DNA of 64,000 nucleotides from Candidatus Omnitrophota bacterium. Lineage in GTDB: Bacteria; Omnitrophota; Gorgyraeia; Zapsychrales; Fredricksoniimonadaceae. The notes beneath the pieces are model-generated. The model did not search any database and was not told the origin of the DNA. It saw only the letters and a list, made by a program, of their open reading frames with translations. The stretch spans positions 23,180 to 87,179 of the forward strand of contig CAIOPG010000014.1 in the NCBI GenBank assembly GCA_903860135.1, given 5' to 3'. Positions 48,599 to 59,014 of this stretch are shown piece after piece; position 1 is the first letter of the stretch, and every line of letters starts with the position of its first letter. Position numbers and translations under genes: made by a program.

Positions 48599-48826
48599 TT
48601 AATCTTCTCGTTCCTCTCCAACGATCACAACTGCCTTGACAGCCTGTTGATCTCTGGTATCGGCCTCTTCATGCCGACCGTAATACCATTCTTTGTTGGC
48701 GTCTTTTTGAAGCCGGATCTCCCGCGCACCGGTTACATCAGCGAACCCGCCTTCATAGCCGGGCACAACGATATTGGCGTCTGGAGGGAAAGTCGAAAGC
48801 TTTAGACTCAATTCTTTTACTGTCAT
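48599..48826 (-). CDS. Small hypothetical protein
   Basis: MTVKEL...L..FPPD..IVV.GYEGG; GGGGAA RBS. Confidence 0.7.
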   Translation of the reverse strand: MTVKELSLKLSTFPPDANIVVPGYEGGFADVTGAREIRLQKDANKEWYYGRHEEADTRDQQAVKAVVIVGEERED

Positions 48827-48931
48827 GTTGTTATTCCCCGAATTTTAAAGTTGCCAACCATATCTTTCCGTGGCATATTTGGATTGCGGGACTAGGGCTT
48901 TCCTGGGCCCGTTTTTTTATCCGCCATCAAA

Positions 48932-50038
48932 CTACATCTGCGCTTCCAAGAATTTCTGAATCTCTTCCTTCTTGGGCAACTCCAGTTGGTACTTCTTCAC
49001 AAACAGTTTGTTGTCCATCCCGGCCAACGCATATTCTATCTTTGCGTGATTCTTGCTCGTACATAGTAAAATGCCGACCGGCGGATTATCGCCGGTGGTC
49101 ATGGCGTTCTTCCAGTACCAATTAACATAAGTATTAAGCTGGCCCACATGCTCATGCTTAAACTCATCTGCCTTCAGTTCAATAAGCACGTGGCATTTCA
49201 GAATGCGGTGATAGAAAACGAGATCGACAAAAGCATGTTCGTCGTCGAGAAGAATGCGTTTCTGGCGCGCTTCAAAACAGAAACCGTGTCCAAGCTCCAG
49301 TAAAAATTCCTGTAAACGATCCAGAAGTGCGTCTTCAAGGTGGGACTCGCCCATAACCTCTTGGGGCTTTAACCCGAGGAATTCAAATACATACGGATCC
49401 CGGACGGTAAATTCCGGTTTATCTGTCTGTGCTTTCTCGGCCACTAATGCCGCGAGCTTCTTTTTGTTTTTTGATAAGCCGGAACGTTCAAAGTATAGCG
49501 TCACAATTTGACGTTTGAGTTCCCGCACCGACCAATTGCCACGCAGACACTCATGCTCATAAAAGGTCCGCTTAAGAGGATCGTCGGTTTCAAACAACAT
49601 TTCAAAATGGCTATACGATAAGCATGAAAGCAGTTTTTCCGGATCGGTTTCCAATTGTGCGGACGGTGTCCGCACTTTCTCAAGCGACTTTATCGTCGAC
49701 AAAGACAACTGTTTAAATTGTGCGGACACTGTCCGCACAATTTGAGGATATGCCCTATAAAAAGTCATGTAGTTATAAAGTTGCCTGCGTCCACAGCCGC
49801 TAATTTTATAATCCACAAGCTTGAGAGTTAACTCATCGACCAGACGTTGTCCATACTTAGCCCTATCGGCTCCTCGCAATTCAAATTCTGCAATATACAT
49901 TCCAATAAGCCAATTACGCAACGTGAGGCTTATATTGACCGCTTTGGCGGCTTGAGCTGAAAAGGTTTCATTCACTGAACAGATGGATTGAACCAGTTGA
50001 TCAAATGTGAACTGTTTTGTCTTCGGAGAACTGCTCAT
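48932..50038 (-). CDS. YhcG/DUF1016 PD-(D/E)xK nuclease family protein
   Basis: NW.IG.YI.E, LSYSHF, WSVREL.RQI, DPYVFEFLG, FLLELG.GF, DLVFYH, ELK, GQLN.Y. Confidence 0.95.
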   Translation of the reverse strand: MSSSPKTKQFTFDQLVQSICSVNETFSAQAAKAVNISLTLRNWLIGMYIAEFELRGADRAKYGQRLVDELTLKLVDYKISGCGRRQLYNYMTFYRAYPQIVRTVSAQFKQLSLSTIKSLEKVRTPSAQLETDPEKLLSCLSYSHFEMLFETDDPLKRTFYEHECLRGNWSVRELKRQIVTLYFERSGLSKNKKKLAALVAEKAQTDKPEFTVRDPYVFEFLGLKPQEVMGESHLEDALLDRLQEFLLELGHGFCFEARQKRILLDDEHAFVDLVFYHRILKCHVLIELKADEFKHEHVGQLNTYVNWYWKNAMTTGDNPPVGILLCTSKNHAKIEYALAGMDNKLFVKKYQLELPKKEEIQKFLEAQM

Positions 50039-50065
50039 ATTAAATGCCCTCATTCTTTAAACTAT

Positions 50066-50140
50066 TCAATAATTTTGACGCATTTTAATAAACGCTTCGA
50101 GATCCGCCGGTTTCACGTCCCAGCGGCCGATTTTAATCCA
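50066..50140 (-). pseudogene. Remnant of an excisionase-like HTH gene
   Basis: WIKIGRWDVKPADLEAFIKMRQNY* with an in-frame stop upstream and no start codon. Confidence 0.45.
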
Positions 50141-50218
50141 ATGTAAGAATAAATTCTTTTGTTCCCTGCGTCAAGGGATGATTGCGCACGATTGTGTGGG
50201 GGGCGCCAGGATTAAATG

Positions 50219-50248
50219 AAGAAAGACCGCCATAAAGCGGTCTTTCTT
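50219..50248. terminator. Terminator after tRNA-Glu
   Basis: AAGAAAGACCGC-cataaa-GCGGTCTTTCTT. Confidence 0.75.
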
Positions 50249-50254
50249 GTTATT

Positions 50255-50331
50255 TGGTAGCCCCAACCGGATTTGAACCGGTGTTTGCTGGCTGAGAACC
50301 AGCCGTCCTGACCAGGCTAGACGATGGGGCC
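50255..50331 (-). tRNA. tRNA-Glu(CTC)
   Basis: GGCCCCA acceptor stem, GCTGG-TT-CTC-AG-CCAGC, GTTCAA, CCA end. Confidence 0.97.
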
Positions 50332-50402
50332 AAAAGAGGTCATGAATATAACATAGAAACTTTTTTTTGCAAAAACCTTTTTTCGAGTCGCAGTCGAAAG
50401 CC

Positions 50403-50540
50403 TTGACATTTATCCCCCGCGCAGGTATTATTTCAAAATTCCGGATCAACAACGGCGTTGATCCGGATCGCAATGTTGCTTTCTTTCGGGCACTGATGCC
50501 CGGTTCTCCAATCTTCCATTGGTGAGCCGGGCTTTTTTAT
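50403..50540 (+). promoter_or_regulatory. Promoter plus ANTAR-type antitermination leader of amtB-glnK
   Basis: TTGACA-N17-TATTAT; hexaloops AACGGC, AATGTT, ACTGAT (A1/G4); the last overlaps terminator 50498-50538. Confidence 0.8.
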
Positions 50541-50562
50541 TTTCAATAACAGGAGGTCGCAC

Positions 50563-51801
50563 ATGCATCAACCGCTGATGATCAACGCCGGAGATACCGC
50601 CTGGGTTCTGCTGTGCGCAGGGCTTGTCCTTCTCATGACGCCCGCCCTGGCCTTTTTTTACGGCGGTATGGTGCGGCGCAAGAATATCCTCGCCATCCTG
50701 ATGAAATGTTTCGCGTGCCTGGGCATCATCCTCCTGGCCTGGGCCATCTACGGTTATTCGCTCGCCTTCGGCCGCGGCAACGGCTTCATCGGCGGACTCG
50801 AATGGGCCTGGCTCAAAGGTGTCGGTGCCGCTCCCAATCCAAACTACGCACCGTCAATCCCCCACAGCGCCTTCATGATCTTTCAAGCTATGTTCGCGGT
50901 CATCACACCTGCCGTTATCATCGGGTCGCTGGTCGAGCGCATCAAATTCTCCGCTTTCCTGATCTTCGCCATTCTGTGGCTGACGCTGGTCTATATCCCG
51001 ATCTGCCATATGGTCTGGAGCACCGACGGCTGGCTGCGCGCGATGGGCGTCCTGGACTTTGCCGGCGGCTGTGTCGTTGAGATCAACTGCGGTGTGGCCG
51101 GGCTTGTCAGCGCCCTCATCCTCGGCAAACGCATCGGCCTCACCCGGCCAACCCTGCACAACCTCCCCTTTGTCGTCCTGGGCGGAGGGCTGTTATGGTT
51201 CGGCTGGCTTGGCTTTAACGCCGGATCCGCCCTCGCGGCCAACGGGATCGCGGCCAATGCCTTCGTAAACACCAACCTTGCGGCAGCGGCGGCAGCCGTC
51301 AGCTGGGCGACGATTGAATGGCTCATAACAGGAAAACCCACCATGTTCGGCACGATCTCAGGCGTGATTGCCGGCCTTGTGGCCATAACGCCGGCCTGCG
51401 GCTTTGTGGAACCGTGGGCCGCCATGGTCATCGGATTTGTCGTCGGGCCTTTAAGCTTCTTTGCCGTCAGCACCATCAAACACAAATTCGGCTACGATGA
51501 TTCTCTCGATGCGTTCGGCGTGCACGGCGTGGGCGGTTTCTGGGGCATGATCGCCACAGGTCTTTTTGCGACCACCGCTGTCAACTCTTCGGGTAACAAC
51601 GGGCTTCTTCTGGGGAATATGGCTCTGCTCAAAACGCAACTTTTCGCAGCGTGCTTTACCGTCGCCTACTGTGCCGGTGCCACCGCCCTGATCGCCCTGG
51701 CCGTCAACAAACTGGTGGGCTTGAGGGTTTCTCCCGAAGAGGAAATTATGGGGCTGGATATCACCCAGCACTACGAACGCGCCTACACCATGCTGGAATA
51801 A
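50563..51801 (+). CDS. amtB: Ammonium transporter
   Basis: FQAMFA.IT, ERIKF, DFAGG.VV, LWFGW.GFNAGS, DD.LDAFGVHG. Confidence 0.98.
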   Translation: MHQPLMINAGDTAWVLLCAGLVLLMTPALAFFYGGMVRRKNILAILMKCFACLGIILLAWAIYGYSLAFGRGNGFIGGLEWAWLKGVGAAPNPNYAPSIPHSAFMIFQAMFAVITPAVIIGSLVERIKFSAFLIFAILWLTLVYIPICHMVWSTDGWLRAMGVLDFAGGCVVEINCGVAGLVSALILGKRIGLTRPTLHNLPFVVLGGGLLWFGWLGFNAGSALAANGIAANAFVNTNLAAAAAAVSWATIEWLITGKPTMFGTISGVIAGLVAITPACGFVEPWAAMVIGFVVGPLSFFAVSTIKHKFGYDDSLDAFGVHGVGGFWGMIATGLFATTAVNSSGNNGLLLGNMALLKTQLFAACFTVAYCAGATALIALAVNKLVGLRVSPEEEIMGLDITQHYERAYTMLE

Positions 51802-51816
51802 CGAAAGGACATTGCC

Positions 51817-52158
51817 ATGCGCCTCATCACCGCCATCATCCAACCCCACCGCCTTGAAGAGGTCAAAAAAGAACTCTACGCCGCCGAGGTCAACCTGATC
51901 ACGGTCTCTGAGGCACTCGGCCATGGCCGGCAATTCGGCATCGATGAGTTCTATCGCGGCGTGAAAGAGACCGGTAATCTCCTGCGAAAAATACGCATCG
52001 ATATCGCCGTCAATGAAGCCTATGAAGAACGCACGGTCGCCGCCATCATCAAGGGCGCCAGGACCGGCAAGATCGGTGACGGTAAGATATTTGTTACCGA
52101 CCTTAAACGCTGCATCCGTATCCGTACCGGTGAAGAAGGGTCCAGTGCCATCGGCTAA
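51817..52158 (+). CDS. glnK: P-II nitrogen regulator
   Basis: G.GRQ.G, YRG, ARTGKIGDGKIFV, IRIRTGE. Confidence 0.95.
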   Translation: MRLITAIIQPHRLEEVKKELYAAEVNLITVSEALGHGRQFGIDEFYRGVKETGNLLRKIRIDIAVNEAYEERTVAAIIKGARTGKIGDGKIFVTDLKRCIRIRTGEEGSSAIG

Positions 52159-52227
52159 ATAGCATCCGGTTTTTTATTCCGGGCGTCTCGAGTTGACACC
52201 GGCGAAAGAGTACAATACAATAAATGA

Positions 52228-53415
52228 ATGTCTACCCAGATTGCGATCGGTTTTTCAAAAAACAGTGACCCTGTTGCCGCCTTTAAAGACGCGGCCATTC
52301 AGGTTAAAAATAAACTCAACGCTGTCCGCATCAATGCAGCGCTGGTTTTTGCCACAGAAGCCTACATGAACACCGAAGGCCTGGCAACCCTTCACAGCAT
52401 CCTTCAGCCCGAACACCTCATCGGATCACTCACACCGGGCATTCTCCTGGCTGACAAAGCCGAAACGCGCGGCGTTGGCATCCTGGGGATCATCTCCGAC
52501 GAATGGCATTTTGGGACCGCGGGCATCGACAAACTCAACCTGATCCCCGCGCGTGAGGCCGGCTTTAACTTGGCCAGACTCCTTGTTGCTGATCACAACA
52601 CGTCCAACCGCAATGCCGCCATTTGCTTTTACGACGGACTGCGCAAAAACAATACCCTTATCTGCGCCGGCATACGGGAAAGCCTCGGGCTTGCCATCCC
52701 TCTGTGCGGCGGCATCGGCCTCGACAGCGCTCATATAAAATACACCCGTCATTTTTTTCAGACCCGCATCCTGGACGACGCTGCGGTCGGTCTGATCATC
52801 GGCGGTGCCAGCATAACAGCGATCACCTCCCGGCAAAACTGGAAACCGCTGGGGAAACCCCGCATCATTGATGGAGCCAAAGCCAATATCATCCAGACCA
52901 TTGATAAACATCCGGCCATCAGCCTCTACGAAAATTACTTCCTTGAAAATGCAACCACACTGGAACAAACCCGGATCAACGATATCCGCCTACTTTATCC
53001 GCTGGGCATCGGCACCTCCAAAGCCAGGGAATACTTAATCCGCAACCCCATTGACATCCAAGCAGACGGTAGTATCGTATGTCAGGGAGAAATACCGGCA
53101 GGGAGTCCCGTGCACCTGATGATCACAGACAAAACAGCCTGCCGCCAGAGCATCCATGACGCCGCGCTTGATTTGCGCGAACAGCTTTTGGGGAAGACAC
53201 CAAAATTTGTGCTGGTCCTGGAGTCGTTTATCCGGCGCAAAGCCATGGGAGGCATTGACATCCCAACCATAAGCGCGATCCGTGATGTTCTGGGCAACAC
53301 CATCCCTATCTTTGGTATGTACACCCTCGGCGAGATCGCACCGCCAGGATCACTGAAAAATGTGCAAGCAACCCAGATGCTCAACGCGAGCCTTGTCCTC
53401 CTGGCGATCGGATAA
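52228..53415 (+). CDS. FIST N/C domain sensory protein
   Basis: GG in N domain, W.P.G, N.I..ID..PA, YPLG, FGMYT.GEI.P, N.S. Confidence 0.88.
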   Translation: MSTQIAIGFSKNSDPVAAFKDAAIQVKNKLNAVRINAALVFATEAYMNTEGLATLHSILQPEHLIGSLTPGILLADKAETRGVGILGIISDEWHFGTAGIDKLNLIPAREAGFNLARLLVADHNTSNRNAAICFYDGLRKNNTLICAGIRESLGLAIPLCGGIGLDSAHIKYTRHFFQTRILDDAAVGLIIGGASITAITSRQNWKPLGKPRIIDGAKANIIQTIDKHPAISLYENYFLENATTLEQTRINDIRLLYPLGIGTSKAREYLIRNPIDIQADGSIVCQGEIPAGSPVHLMITDKTACRQSIHDAALDLREQLLGKTPKFVLVLESFIRRKAMGGIDIPTISAIRDVLGNTIPIFGMYTLGEIAPPGSLKNVQATQMLNASLVLLAIG

Positions 53416-53418
53416 CAT

Positions 53419-54978
53419 ATGCCCGGAATCAGCTACCCCATGCACCCGTTTGATATCACACCATTACTGTTAGGCTTAAATGTCACCCTTATCATTATAA
53501 GTAGCGTGCTCGCCTATTTCTTCATCGGCAAATCAGAAGATCTCAAAGACCTCCAATCCTCTTTCAAAAAGATTATAAACTCCTTCAATGAACTCGATGA
53601 ACAGGCCAAGCTTATTGTGAAAACCGACTTGGAACTTAACAAAGCCCAAGAAGAGCTCGACCGTCGCTTGATAGGACTAAGCACCTTGCAAACCCTGTCC
53701 CGCACCATCAGCAGAACCCTTGACGAACAAGAAATATTTCGAAAGATCGACAAAACCATCGCCACCGAGCTTGGCTTCACCCACCTGCTGGTTCTGTCTT
53801 ACGATGAAACCAACGGCTTTACCATACGCACCAATCTCGGCATTGACCCAGTCAAGATCGAACAGGCCCGCACGGAGCTCGGGCTGGATTTACAATTTCT
53901 CAGTGCACTCAAAGATGGCATGATCTTTTCATCCTTGAACTCATCTCAAAAAACAAAATCCCGCATCATCCAACTTTTAGAGAACGAACATTTTATCCTT
54001 TCCCCTCTATTGACCCAACGCGGTGTCGGCGGACTTCTTTTTGTGGGCAACCGTTACAGCGCCCCTGCCGTAACAGCCGGCGATGAAGAGCTGATCTCGA
54101 TCCTCGCCAGCCAACTGGCCCAGGCGCTGGAAAATTCACAGCTTTTTGAACAGGCCTACCACGCCAGTCAGACACTGGAAAGCAAGGTTGCCGAACGCAC
54201 CAAGGAACTTTCCATGGCCCTCAAGGATGTTGAGGATATTTCCAAGAAAAAGTCTGAATTCATCTCGGCGGTCTCCCATGAGCTCCGCACGCCCCTGACA
54301 TCCATTAAAGGCTATGCTTCGATCCTCATGACAGGCAAGGTTGGCGACATCCCCGACGCGGTCAAGGAACGCCTGGGCAAGATCAATACCCACTCCGACA
54401 ACCTTGTCAAACTCATCAATGACCTTCTGGATATTTCACGCATCGAATCCGGTCGTGTTGAAATGAAAACAACGCCCCATAACATCCGCCCGATGCTCGA
54501 CACCATTGCCGACCTGCTCACGCCTCAGCTTAACAATAAAGAGATATCGCTCAAGATCAACCTGCCGGTTGAGATGCCGGCCATTGAGTACGATACAACC
54601 CAGATGGATCGTGTCTTCATTAACCTTGTCAGCAACGCGATCAAATTCACCCCTGCAGGTGGCTTGATCACGATCAATGCCCAGCTGAACATGATGCGGG
54701 AAGAGGCAATCTTTGAAGTCGCCGATACCGGCATTGGGATCAACAAAGAAGATCTCCAGCGCATCTTCGACGAATTTTACCGTGTCGACAACGAGATCAA
54801 CCTAAAGGTCAAAGGCACAGGGCTTGGCCTTGCCCTCGCCAAAAACATTGTCGAAGCGCATTACGGTCACATATGGGTCACAAGCACCGTCGGACAAGGC
54901 ACGATCTTTCACTTCACCCTGCCTTTCCAACATAAAAATAAAGACCCCAAACAAAAAAATACCAGGTGGCATCCATGA
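53419..54978 (+). CDS. GAF-containing sensor histidine kinase
   Basis: N-terminal TM, GAF, KSEFIS.VSHELRTPL, NLVSNAIKF, GTGLGL. Confidence 0.95.
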   Translation: MPGISYPMHPFDITPLLLGLNVTLIIISSVLAYFFIGKSEDLKDLQSSFKKIINSFNELDEQAKLIVKTDLELNKAQEELDRRLIGLSTLQTLSRTISRTLDEQEIFRKIDKTIATELGFTHLLVLSYDETNGFTIRTNLGIDPVKIEQARTELGLDLQFLSALKDGMIFSSLNSSQKTKSRIIQLLENEHFILSPLLTQRGVGGLLFVGNRYSAPAVTAGDEELISILASQLAQALENSQLFEQAYHASQTLESKVAERTKELSMALKDVEDISKKKSEFISAVSHELRTPLTSIKGYASILMTGKVGDIPDAVKERLGKINTHSDNLVKLINDLLDISRIESGRVEMKTTPHNIRPMLDTIADLLTPQLNNKEISLKINLPVEMPAIEYDTTQMDRVFINLVSNAIKFTPAGGLITINAQLNMMREEAIFEVADTGIGINKEDLQRIFDEFYRVDNEINLKVKGTGLGLALAKNIVEAHYGHIWVTSTVGQGTIFHFTLPFQHKNKDPKQKNTRWHP

Positions 54979-55919
54979 AACGACCGAGCATCCTCATCAT
55001 CGACGATGACGAAGACATCCTTGATGTCCTGGAACTGACCTTGTCAGAAAAGTTCGATGTGGTCAAGGCAACCAATGGTCGAGATGGCCTCCAGCTTGCC
55101 CGCACGCACACGCCCGACATCATCATCACGGATTACATGATGCCGGTCATGAACGGGCCTGATTTCTGCAAGGAACTGCGCAAGGACCTCCTGCTCACAC
55201 ACATTCCCATTATCATGCTCACGGGGAAAGGGGATATTCGGGATATGGTCCTAGGGATCAACGCCGGCGCCGACGATTACCTTATAAAACCATTCGAACC
55301 TGAGAGCCTTCTGGCACGCATCAACATGATCGTTATGCGCACGATCAGAAACCTCGACGCCAACCCCCTTACCCACCTTCCGGGCAACGCCTCCATCATG
55401 GAAGAGATCCAGAACCGGATACAGAGCGGTGAAATCTTCGCGGTCGGTTACTGCGACCTGGACAAGTTTAAACTCTATAACGATAAATACGGTTTTGAAA
55501 AAGGCGATGATATCATCAAGGCGACTGCCCGCATCATCATCCAGGCGGCCAAAGAACACGGCAGGACCAACAGCTTCGTGGGGCATATTGGCGGCGACGA
55601 CTTCGTTTTTATCTGCGCTGACGCAATCGCCGATGCCATCAGCCAGAAGATCATCGACACCTTCAATGCAGTAACCCCGGAATTTTACAACGAAACAGAC
55701 CGAAAAGAAGGCTTTGTCATGGGCAAAGACCGGCAGGGGAATATCACCAAAGCCGGACTCCTATCCATTTCCATCGGAATTGTTTCCAATGCCTTCACTA
55801 AAATTACCCATACGGCACAAATCGGGGAAATCGGCGCAGAACTCAAGAAATTCGCCAAGGCACAGGACAAAAGCAACTACGTCCGTGATAAACGCAAGCG
55901 AGAAAGCCAAGAATCCTGA
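54975..55919 (+). CDS. Response regulator with GGDEF-like domain
   Basis: REC (IDDD, D.MMP, KPF); NPLT.LPGN, DLDKFK.YND.YG, GHIGGDDF. Confidence 0.92.
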   Translation: MKRPSILIIDDDEDILDVLELTLSEKFDVVKATNGRDGLQLARTHTPDIIITDYMMPVMNGPDFCKELRKDLLLTHIPIIMLTGKGDIRDMVLGINAGADDYLIKPFEPESLLARINMIVMRTIRNLDANPLTHLPGNASIMEEIQNRIQSGEIFAVGYCDLDKFKLYNDKYGFEKGDDIIKATARIIIQAAKEHGRTNSFVGHIGGDDFVFICADAIADAISQKIIDTFNAVTPEFYNETDRKEGFVMGKDRQGNITKAGLLSISIGIVSNAFTKITHTAQIGEIGAELKKFAKAQDKSNYVRDKRKRESQES

Positions 55920-55932
55920 CACCAAAAGAAAA

Positions 55933-56274
55933 TTACATCATGGCAGTGCCCGTACACGGCAATCCCCCAAAAGCCGGCCGGGGGCAAGCACATTCTCTCA
56001 CCTTGACCCCATTAACAATTTTAGTATAATTGCACCATCCGCCATTGACTGGCGCGGGATTTACTTCTACATATTTTGATCCATCGTAATAACCACCCAT
56101 AATAGCCGTAGCACCCGTATCAAAATACTCTTTACCTTTATCATGGACTTGAGACAGGAACGCATATTTTGTGCCTGCAAGCGCCCCCAAGGTAATAAAG
56201 ACAACAACAACCATAACCAAAAGATACTCCATCATGCTCTGGGCTTTGGTATTTATATATTGGGGTATCAACAT
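55933..56274 (-). CDS. Flp/Tad-like prepilin with C-terminal thrombospondin-type-1-like motif
   Basis: KAQSMMEYLLVMVVVV class III signal; PVNGGWC...RECACPRPAFGGLPCTG; AGGAG RBS. Confidence 0.75.
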   Translation of the reverse strand: MLIPQYINTKAQSMMEYLLVMVVVVFITLGALAGTKYAFLSQVHDKGKEYFDTGATAIMGGYYDGSKYVEVNPAPVNGGWCNYTKIVNGVKVRECACPRPAFGGLPCTGTAMM

Positions 56275-56340
56275 TTTTCTCCTATGGTCTTATAAAAATC
56301 ACGCCATAACAATAATATAACATATCCATTTTATATTTGC

Positions 56341-57048
56341 TCAGAACAAGCGTTTCAAGCCAGCCACAACAGCAGTTGGATCATTGTTAGTAAAAAAATA
56401 ACTCGCCGTGATCAGGACATTCGCCCCAGCCCGAACAACTCCGGGTGCAGTTTCAGCATTCACACCGCCATCGACGCCGATATCGCCTTTGAACCCGGCA
56501 CCTCGCAACCATTCGATCTTGGGCAATGCTTCGGGAATGAACTTCTGTCCTGAGAAACCAGGCTGAACCGACATGACCAGCACCGCATCCATTTCACCCA
56601 AGATATCTTTAAGGCAAGCCACAGGAGTGCCAGGATTGATCGCCACACAGGCCTGCCGGCCTTGAGCACGGATCCGGCGCAGGTCAGCCGTTAATTGCCC
56701 CGCATCGAGCGTGTCAACCTCTTTGGGATACTGGCCATACGCCCGGCACGATGAACGCCGCGCGCCATAACACTCGGCATGAACCGCAATGGCACTGACC
56801 CCCGCCTCCATAAAAGCATCCAGGTAATCCCAAGGATGTTCGATCATCAGGTGGGCCACAACAGGAAGCCGTGTGTGACGGCAGGCAGCGGCCGCGACCA
56901 CCGGACCGATCGTAATATTAGGAACAAAATGCCCGTCCATCACATCCACATGGATACGATCAACCCCCGACCGTTCGCATAACTGAAGCGCCTCAGCGAT
57001 CTTCCCAAAATCTGCTGACAAAATACTGACACTAACCTCGGTTGCCAT
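56341..57048 (-). CDS. rpe: Ribulose-phosphate 3-epimerase
   Basis: SILSADF, HVDVMDGHFVPNI, HLM, MSV.PGF.GQ.F, VDGG. Confidence 0.96.
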   Translation of the reverse strand: MATEVSVSILSADFGKIAEALQLCERSGVDRIHVDVMDGHFVPNITIGPVVAAAACRHTRLPVVAHLMIEHPWDYLDAFMEAGVSAIAVHAECYGARRSSCRAYGQYPKEVDTLDAGQLTADLRRIRAQGRQACVAINPGTPVACLKDILGEMDAVLVMSVQPGFSGQKFIPEALPKIEWLRGAGFKGDIGVDGGVNAETAPGVVRAGANVLITASYFFTNNDPTAVVAGLKRLF

Positions 57049-57114
57049 AACATTCTCCTGCCAATGAATATGTTCAGCGCAAATGATCTTTCACCTGCCT
57101 TATTTTGATAATGA

Positions 57115-57146
57115 AAAAACCCGCACCATTAAGGGTTGCGGGTTTT
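57115..57146. terminator. Terminator after tRNA-Leu
   Basis: AAAACCCGCA...TGCGGGTTTT. Confidence 0.65.
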
Positions 57147-57161
57147 GCCATGGGACTTTAA

Positions 57162-57245
57162 TGGTGCGCGGGGTGGGACTTGAACCCACACGGGTTACCC
57201 CATACGCCCCTCAAACGTAAGTGTCTACCATTTCACCACCCGCGC
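57162..57245 (-). tRNA. tRNA-Leu(GAG)
   Basis: GCGCGGG acceptor stem, TACGT-TT-GAG-GG-GCGTA, long variable arm, GTTCAA, CCA end. Confidence 0.97.
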
Positions 57246-57344
57246 AAAGCTTGCTTCAAAAAACAGAGGGAACGATCAAATTTAAGAACGAAATGATAGC
57301 ACGTTTCATTCCGGTGTCAAACTAAAATCTGCCAGGCAAAAAGT

Positions 57345-58952
<1,608 letters not shown>

Positions 58953-59014
58953 TTATCCATAAGAAAGAAGAAACCTTCACCGAAATACTCCGCAAACCCA
59001 ACAACAATTGTAGT

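Noticed and set aside
48851-48918. Plus-strand TTGCCA-N17-CATATT followed by hairpin and T-run as an sRNA
   Set aside because: The implied transcript is only ~35 nt; more likely a remnant or a bidirectional terminator for yhcG
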